In this document: piece after piece, positions 57,947 through 64,000 of the stretch | Layout: each line of letters opens with the position of its first letter | Numbering within the stretch: position 1 is the first letter of the stretch | Assembly: GCA_041687695.1 (NCBI GenBank) | Contig: JAWLBL010000030.1 | Coordinates: forward strand, 40,123 to 104,122 | Direction: 5' to 3' | DNA length: 64,000 nt | Origin: Myxococcota bacterium | Lineage (GTDB): Bacteria > Myxococcota_A > UBA9042 > PHBI01 > JAWLBL01 | Notes under the pieces: model-generated | Seen by the model: only the letters and a program-made list of their open reading frames with translations | Databases searched by the model: none | What the model was told of the DNA's origin: nothing | Position numbers and translations under genes: made by a program

Positions 57947-58434
57947 GCGCGCTCCTCGTCGCCGATGAACGTCTGGACGAGGCGCAGCGCGATCGTCTGC
58001 TCGCCGGGGGACCCATCGGCGGGTCGCACGGTGCCCTCGAGCCAGCGCTGATCGGTCTCCTCGTCGTCGCGGATGGCCAGCCGCCACTCGACGGGGACGG
58101 CCTCGCCGCAGGTCGTCGTGAAGACCACCTCGCGCGCGCCCAGGTCGAGCCGCCGGTGGTCGACGTACAGGCACGGGCACTGCTCGACCTCGACGGCCTC
58201 GCTGGACGTCTTGAAGAAGCGCACCGTCCCCGCGACCTCGAGCCCGTAGTGACCCAGCCGCAGCGACGGGTAGCCTTCGACCAACCCTTCGGCCCGGACC
58301 TCGCCCTTCCACAGCCCGGTGAACACGGCGTTGGGGTCCTCGCACGCCGGCGCGAGCAGCCCCAGCGCCGCCACGAGCAGGGCGGCCACGCGCAGGCGGG
58401 CCACGCCGCGTTCGGGGTGGGGGGCATTCGTCAT
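57925..58434 (-). CDS. Hypothetical lipoprotein (169 aa)
   Basis: Lipobox-like LAPAC, beta-rich body, several Cys. Overlaps the next gene. Confidence 0.7.
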   Translation of the reverse strand: MTNAPHPERGVARLRVAALLVAALGLLAPACEDPNAVFTGLWKGEVRAEGLVEGYPSLRLGHYGLEVAGTVRFFKTSSEAVEVEQCPCLYVDHRRLDLGAREVVFTTTCGEAVPVEWRLAIRDDEETDQRWLEGTVRPADGSPGEQTIALRLVQTFIGDEERACDDAPP

Positions 58435-58536
58435 GGCGGCTCGACCCCCTATCACGGCCGGACTCGGCTTGACAACGCGGACGCGGCGCCGGAACCTGTG
58501 CGCTCCCCGCGGGCGGGCAGACAGGAGCGGAATCGC

Positions 58537-59079
58537 TTGGTTGAAGACAGGGCGGCCATCGCGATCCTCGGTCCCGAAGGGGACCCGACGGACAAGGGCG
58601 CGCTTTCGACGGCGCAGACGATCGCCTCGGGCCTGGGACGCGCCGGCTACGTGCTGGTCGTCGCCGGGCGGGGCGGCATCGCCCGCGCCGTGGCGCAAGG
58701 GGCCGTCGAGCAGAGCGCGACCGTCCTGGCCGTGCACGTCGAGGGGCAGGCGCCGGACCTGCCGGGGCGCGTCGACGCCGTCTCCGTGCCCGGCCCGCTG
58801 CGCCGCATCGAGTCGGTGTTGGCGGTGGCCGACGCCGTCATGGTCTTCCCGGGCGACCTGACCTCCCTCGCGACCGTGCTGCAGATCTGGTCGTACGGCC
58901 TGACCCCCGACGCCCCGTACCGGCAGATGGTCCTGGTCGGCGACGGCTGGCCCGAGACGGTCAAGGCCCTGGCCGACGCGGCCCGCCTCGACCAGCGGAC
59001 GCGCGCCATGGTCACCTTCGCGCCCAACGCGACCGAGGCGCTCGAGTCCATCCGCTACTACATCGCGCCGGTGCCCTGA
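58537..59079 (+). CDS. SLOG/LOG-family Rossmann-fold protein (degenerate)
   Basis: TTG start after AGGAG. IAILG, LGRAGYVLVVAGRGG, R...ADAVMVFPG. Confidence 0.7.
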   Translation: MVEDRAAIAILGPEGDPTDKGALSTAQTIASGLGRAGYVLVVAGRGGIARAVAQGAVEQSATVLAVHVEGQAPDLPGRVDAVSVPGPLRRIESVLAVADAVMVFPGDLTSLATVLQIWSYGLTPDAPYRQMVLVGDGWPETVKALADAARLDQRTRAMVTFAPNATEALESIRYYIAPVP

Positions 59080-59117
59080 GCCGCCTGCCGTAGCTGCGGC
59101 CGAGCGGACGCACCCCG

Positions 59118-59594
59118 TCAGCCCGCCTTCGTCTTGGTCGGCTGCGCCTTGACGGGGTTCTTGGCCAGCGCGGCCTGCTGCGCCTTCTTGTCGTCCTTCT
59201 CCTCTTCGGTCGGCTTGGGCTTGCGCTTCATGCCCAGGATCAGGATCTGGACGTCCATCTCTTCGCGCAGCTGCGCCAGGCGCCGCCGCAGCTTGATGCC
59301 GACGTCGTCGAGCAGCGCCAGCAGCCGCGTGATGAGCTGCACGGCCTCGGCGGCCCCCATCTGGCTCGAGGCCGCCTGCTGCTGCTGGGTCCGCAGCTCA
59401 GCCAGCCGATCCTTGTCGCGCGCCAGCTCCTTGAGCCACTGGTCGACCCGGCCCAGGTCGTCGATGTGCTGCGCCTCCTGCGCCACGTCCTGCCAATAGG
59501 CGCTCATCGCCGCGTGCCCGGCGACGTCGAAGTCGCGCGCGTGCAGCTGGTCGAGGAACCGCTGGCGTTGCTGCTCGAGGTCGGTGCTTGGCAT
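59118..59594 (-). CDS. Hypothetical coiled-coil protein (158 aa)
   Basis: ATG after AGGAG directly downstream of hisD. Helical, with a Lys-rich tail. Confidence 0.7.
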   Translation of the reverse strand: MPSTDLEQQRQRFLDQLHARDFDVAGHAAMSAYWQDVAQEAQHIDDLGRVDQWLKELARDKDRLAELRTQQQQAASSQMGAAEAVQLITRLLALLDDVGIKLRRRLAQLREEMDVQILILGMKRKPKPTEEEKDDKKAQQAALAKNPVKAQPTKTKAG

Positions 59595-59605
59595 GGCGGG
59601 GGCTC

Positions 59606-60904
59606 CTATTCGAGGCGTTCGGCGGCCCGCCGCATGCGGGCGACCACGCTCTCGGCGTGGGCGTCGAGGCCCTCGAGGCGGGCGAAGCGCTCGGTCGCCG
59701 CGCCCACGCGCGCCAGCCCCTCGGGCGTGAAGCCCAGCACGTTCACGCGCTTGCAGAAGGCGGCGACGCCGAGGCCCGAGAAGAACCGCGCCGTCCCGGC
59801 CGTCGGCAGGACGTGGTTCGGACCGGCCAGGTAGTCCCCGACCGCCTCGGGCGTCCAGGGCCCGACGAACACCGCTCCGGCGTGGACGACCGCGTCGGCG
59901 GCCGCCCACGGGTCCTCGACCATCAGCTCGAGGTGCTCGGGCGCGATGCGGTTGGCCAGCGCGAGCGCGGCCTGCCGATCCGGGGCCACCACCACGTAGC
60001 CCTGGCCGCTCAGCGCGCGGCGGGCGATGTCCTGGCGCGGCAGCTCGGCCAGCCGGCGCTCGAGGGCGGCCTCGAGGGGGGCGACGAGGGCCTCGGAGGT
60101 GGTGACGACGCCGGCGATGGCGTCGGGGTCGTGCTCGGCCTGGGCGAGCAGGTCCGCCGCGATGAGGTCCGGGTCGGCCGTGTGGTCCGCCACGACCAGG
60201 ATCTCGGAGGGGCCGGCGATCATGTCGATGTCGACCGCGCCGAAGACCAGCCGCTTGGCGGTCGCGACCCAGATGTTGCCGGGGCCGACGATCTTGTCGA
60301 CCCGCGGCACGCGCTCGGTGCCGAAGGCCAGCGCCGCGACGGCCTGCGCGCCGCCGACCCGGAAGATGCGGTCGACACCGGCGGCCTCGGCGGCGGCGAT
60401 GACGGTCGGGTTCAGCACGCCGTCCGGGGTGGGCGTGACCATGACGACCTCGGCGACGCCTGCGACGCGCGCCGGGATCACGTTCATCAGCACGCTGGAC
60501 GGGTAGGCGGCCGTCCCGCCGGGGACGTAGACGCCGACGCGCTCGAGCGGCACCACCCGCTGGCCCAGGCGCACGCCGTCCTCGTCCTCGAGCTCGAAGC
60601 CCTTCTGGAGCTGCGGCTCGTGGAAGCGGCGGATGCGCTCGGCGGCCATCGCCAGCAGCTCGCGGACGTCGTCGGGCACGCGCGCCACGGCGTCGCGGCG
60701 CTCGGCGGCGGTCAGCTCGAGGGCGTCCGGGGTGACCGGGAACCGGTCGAGCTCGGCGGTCAGGGCGGCGAGGGCGTCGTCCCCCTCGGCGCGGACGCGC
60801 TCGAGGATGGCGGCGACGCGGCTGGCGACCTCGGGGGGCGCGCCGCCGGCGCCGGCCTGCAGCCAGAGGGGCTCGAAGCGCTCTGCGGCGTAGACCTTCA
60901 GCAA
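59606..60904 (-). CDS. hisD: Histidinol dehydrogenase
   Basis: [41 protein letters not shown]. Start (TTG at 60904) uncertain. Confidence 0.96.
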   Translation of the reverse strand: MLKVYAAERFEPLWLQAGAGGAPPEVASRVAAILERVRAEGDDALAALTAELDRFPVTPDALELTAAERRDAVARVPDDVRELLAMAAERIRRFHEPQLQKGFELEDEDGVRLGQRVVPLERVGVYVPGGTAAYPSSVLMNVIPARVAGVAEVVMVTPTPDGVLNPTVIAAAEAAGVDRIFRVGGAQAVAALAFGTERVPRVDKIVGPGNIWVATAKRLVFGAVDIDMIAGPSEILVVADHTADPDLIAADLLAQAEHDPDAIAGVVTTSEALVAPLEAALERRLAELPRQDIARRALSGQGYVVVAPDRQAALALANRIAPEHLELMVEDPWAAADAVVHAGAVFVGPWTPEAVGDYLAGPNHVLPTAGTARFFSGLGVAAFCKRVNVLGFTPEGLARVGAATERFARLEGLDAHAESVVARMRRAAERLE

Positions 60905-61259
60905 GACGGTACCCGACGATCGGCTGGAGCGGAGGGGACGTCGGCGACCCGGCACGGCGAGGCCAGGCGAGCTCGGCGCGGTCCACGGGACTCACTAGGC
61001 GATCGGCGCCGTCGTCGAAAACGGGGGCTCGCTGCGTCTTGACCCGAACCCCGGTCCGAACGCGTGGTGGCCAAGCCCACCAGAGTGGAGGCCGGCCGGC
61101 GTCGGCTCGCGCAGGGTCTTCGGGGGCTGACGCCGCTGGGAGCGTCCCAGACGTCGACAGTCGCTACGATTCGCTTCGCTGTCCGTAGATCGCGCGCCGC
61201 GCCCGACTCTATCCGACCGGGCGCCGACGCGAGGTGCTCGCCAGGTGGCGAGCCCGGCC

Positions 61260-61288
61260 ACAGTAGACGCGGCCCGGGGCGGAGGCAA
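61260..61288 (-). promoter_or_regulatory. Candidate sigma70 promoter about 350 nt upstream of hisD
   Basis: TTGCCT-N17-TACTGT. Confidence 0.45.
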
Positions 61289-61327
61289 GGAGCGGAGTGC
61301 GGCGATCGTGCCGGCGCGGTGGCCGCC

Positions 61328-63610
61328 TCACCAGACCTCGTCGCGGCGCGGGACGCGGAAGAGCTTGCCGGCGGCCTGGCACTCGCGCTTGGCGGCGTCC
61401 TCGACCAGATCCATGCCGATGGGGCGTTGGGTGGCGGCCGCGCGGTAGGCGGCGCGCAGGACGGCGTTCTTGATGGAGCCGCCCGACAGCTCGAAGCATC
61501 GGCCCAGCTCGTCGAAGTCCAGATCGGCGGCGCGCGGGGCCTCGGGCGGGAAGAGGTGCTCCCAGATGGAGGCGCGGATGTCGGCGTCGGGGAATGGGAA
61601 GTTGATCTTGAAGGACAGGCGCCGCTCGAAGGCCGGGTCGATGGACGTCTTGAGGTTGGTCGTCAGGATGACCAGCCCGTCGTAGCGCTCGATGAGCTGG
61701 AGCAGGACGTTGATCTCCATGTTCGCGAAGCGGTCGTTCGAGCCCTTGACCTCGACGCGCTTGGAGAACAGCGAGTCGGCCTCGTCGAAGAGCAGCACCG
61801 ACTGGGCGCTGCGGGCCTCCGCGAAGACGGCCGTCAGGTTCTTCTCCGTCTCGCCGATGTATTTGCTGACGACGTTGGCCACGTTGACCCGGAACAGCGT
61901 CATGCCCAGCTCGGCGGCGATGACCTCGGCCGACAGGGTCTTGCCGGTGCCCGGCTCGCCGTCGAACAGCGCCGCGAGCCCGCGCCCCTTGTTGAACTTG
62001 CGGCCGAAGCCCCACTCGCGGAACACGATCTGCTGGGCGGCGACCGCCTCGATGATCTCCTTGACCTGGTCGCGGATGTCGTCGGGCAGGATGAGGTCCG
62101 TCAGGCGCAGATCGGCGATCTCGCGGTCGGCGTAGCGGTTGAGCCGGTGGCGCAGCTGCGTGTAGGCGGCGGTCAGCAGGTCGGCCTGGGTGACCTCGAC
62201 CTCGCCGCCCTGCACGGCCCGCCCCGAGGCGGCGCCGGCGGCCAGCAGGACCGCGTTCTTGATGTAGCCGCCCGTGAACTCGAAGCGTCGCGCCAGGTAC
62301 GGCACGTCGACGTCCGCCGCCAGCGGCATGCCCGGGGGCAGGTGTACGTGCCAGATGGCCTCGCGCATCGCCGGCGTCGGCACCTCGAAGTCGACGCGGT
62401 ACAGGATGCGCCGGTCCAGCGCCGGGTCCAGGACCTGCGGGACGTTGGTCGCCAGGATGGTCACCCCGCCGTGGTGCTCCAGGGCCTCGAGCATCGCCGA
62501 CAGGTGCCCGGTCCCTCGCTGCGACGAGGCGAACAGCGCCTCGCACTCGTCGAAGAACAGCACCGCGTTCTGCAGCCGCGCCTCGCGCAGCAGGTTGTCC
62601 AGGCTGGCGTCGAAGGGCTGGTTCCGGTTGGTCAGCCGCTCGGTGTCGACCAGCAGCAGCCGCCGCCCCAGCTGGTGCGCCACCGCCCGCGCCGTCAGCG
62701 TCTTGCCCGTGCCCGACGGCCCCGTGAACAGGATGACCACCCCGCGCCCGTAGGGGATGGCCTCGCTCAGCCCCCAGTCGTCCAGCGCGCGCAGGTACGC
62801 GCCGTGCAGGGCCACCAGCTCGACGATGCGGCGCTTCTCCTGCGACGGCAGGATGACCCGCTCCAGCGTCTCGGTCGGCTCGATGAGCCGCGAGAACGAC
62901 GCCAGGCTCTCGTCCGCCCCGTCCTGCCCCAGCAGCAGCGTGACCAGCCGCCCCGGCAGGCGCAGCTCGAGGTTCAGGAAGTCGTCCCCAGCGTCCAGCC
63001 GCCCCCGCCCCAGCAGCAGCAGGCTGTGCCGCAGCAGCGGAGCCGCGGGCGAGAACGCGCGCCGCCGCTCGAGCCGGTCCGCGAAGCCGTCGGCCAGCAC
63101 CGCCAGCGCGACGTCCACATCCAGCGGGTGGCGGTACGACAGCCCCTTGAGCCGCCCATACAGGCCGTTGAACGAGCCGTCCACCGCCGGCGCCAGGGCC
63201 ATGAGCAGCACGTCCTGCTCGAAGGGCGACAGCTCGAAGGTGCGCGCCAGGGCGACCAGGCCGGGCTCGAAGGCTTCGGGCGAGTCGGCGGTCGCGGTGG
63301 TGGCGGTGGTGGTGGTGGTCGCGGAGGCGGTGGTGGTGGAGGCGGTGGTGGCCTCGAGGCGCGCGGCGAGGCGCTCGGCGGCGGCGGTCAGCTCGGCGGA
63401 CAGGGCCTCGGGATCGATGTCGATGCCCGAGACGGCCGCGACGGCGTCTCGCGGGATGAGCCCGGCGGCCTCGCGCGCGTGGACCGCCAGCCGGCAGCGC
63501 AGGCGGAGCACGGCCAGCGCGTCGTCGAGGTAGGCGAGGTCGGAGGTGTAGGGGGTGGCGGTGGGGGTGGGGGTGCTGGTGGGGGTGCGGGTGGTGGTGC
63601 GGGCGGTCAT
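61328..63610 (-). CDS. AAA+ ATPase with N-terminal winged-helix-like domain and two AAA modules
   Basis: FELSPFEQDVLLMALAP, Walker A GPSGTGKT and GEPGTGKT, Walker B FFDECE and LFDEAD, VVSKYIGETEKNL, LDRR and FERR. Confidence 0.9.
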   Translation of the reverse strand: MTARTTTRTPTSTPTPTATPYTSDLAYLDDALAVLRLRCRLAVHAREAAGLIPRDAVAAVSGIDIDPEALSAELTAAAERLAARLEATTASTTTASATTTTTATTATADSPEAFEPGLVALARTFELSPFEQDVLLMALAPAVDGSFNGLYGRLKGLSYRHPLDVDVALAVLADGFADRLERRRAFSPAAPLLRHSLLLLGRGRLDAGDDFLNLELRLPGRLVTLLLGQDGADESLASFSRLIEPTETLERVILPSQEKRRIVELVALHGAYLRALDDWGLSEAIPYGRGVVILFTGPSGTGKTLTARAVAHQLGRRLLLVDTERLTNRNQPFDASLDNLLREARLQNAVLFFDECEALFASSQRGTGHLSAMLEALEHHGGVTILATNVPQVLDPALDRRILYRVDFEVPTPAMREAIWHVHLPPGMPLAADVDVPYLARRFEFTGGYIKNAVLLAAGAASGRAVQGGEVEVTQADLLTAAYTQLRHRLNRYADREIADLRLTDLILPDDIRDQVKEIIEAVAAQQIVFREWGFGRKFNKGRGLAALFDGEPGTGKTLSAEVIAAELGMTLFRVNVANVVSKYIGETEKNLTAVFAEARSAQSVLLFDEADSLFSKRVEVKGSNDRFANMEINVLLQLIERYDGLVILTTNLKTSIDPAFERRLSFKINFPFPDADIRASIWEHLFPPEAPRAADLDFDELGRCFELSGGSIKNAVLRAAYRAAATQRPIGMDLVEDAAKRECQAAGKLFRVPRRDEVW

Positions 63611-63661
63611 GGGGAGGGAGGGTAACCGGAGTGGGGGGGAGGGGGGTAGGGGAGGTGGGAC

Positions 63662-63777
63662 AGGCCGAGAGCGTGGCTCGTTTGGATGGGGAGGAGGGGC
63701 GCGGGGGGAGGTGTGGGCGCGACGCGGTGGGTGAGGGGGAGGCCGAGAGCGTGGCTGGTTTGGATGGGGAGGAGGGG
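63662..63777. repeat. 38-bp direct repeat (2 copies, 78-bp period) in a G-rich tract
   Basis: aggccgagagcgtggct[c/g]gtttggatggggaggagggg at 63662-63699 and 63740-63777. Confidence 0.9.
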
Positions 63778-63857
63778 GTGAGGGGGTGAGGGGTGAGGGG
63801 GGAGGTGGGAGGGGGGAGGGGGGAGGGGGGAGGTGGAGGCGCGGTAGCCTCCGCTTC

Positions 63858-63942
63858 GGCCGGCCTCAAGGGCTTTGTCCCCCTTGGCCGGCCGGGTCGG
63901 CCGGCCAATTCCTCGCGGACGACCAAGCCCTTGACCCCGGCC
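63858..63942. repeat. Nested inverted repeat (REP/MITE-like hairpin)
   Basis: Perfect ttggccggccg-ggt-cggccggccaa (63884-63908), flanked by tcaagggctt/aagcccttga and ggccgg/ccggcc. Confidence 0.75.
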
Positions 63943-64000
63943 TGCGCTGCGGCGGGGGGGCTGTTATCGGCCCGGAAGGGGGCCGTCCGGGCCGCGTCGC

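Noticed and set aside
60905..61290. Identification as tmRNA, RNase P, SRP, 6S RNA or a His attenuator
   Set aside because: Diagnostic motifs and the usual gene context were not found. Kept only as an unassigned candidate.
63662..63777. 38-bp repeat with a 40-bp spacer as a mini-CRISPR
   Set aside because: Only two copies, non-palindromic, low-complexity spacer, no cas genes.

Overview
Very GC-rich bacterial chromosome segment. Gene content points to Myxococcota or a related deltaproteobacterium (inference). About 47 real CDS, with everything from 17.5 to 58.4 kb on the minus strand and many GTGA/ATGA start-stop overlaps, which I used to correct start codons. Housekeeping genes: thrB, hemW, thiL, a dnaK-dnaJ pair, obgE, rpmA, rplU, mtnA, gatCAB, PMM/PGM, manC, trpS, lspA, hisD. 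Three accessory blocks stand out. (1) 0.5-12.8 kb: PEGA protein, kelch lipoprotein and a 2508-aa DUF11/SdrD/OmpA/beta-barrel surface protein, divergent from a myxosortase-like CPBP protease. (2) 26.3-41.8 kb: a contiguous Agl-Glt-like trans-envelope motor cluster (TPR proteins, GltD/E/F/G-like, MotA/ExbB plus two ExbD) running directly into a short OPX (Wza-like) plus beta-barrel polysaccharide export pair. (3) 61-64 kb: a long structured hisD leader, an orphan double-AAA ATPase and a G-rich repeat/palindrome region. No rRNA, tRNA, CRISPR array, transposase or integrase was recognised. All assignments come from motif recognition by eye; no searches were run.
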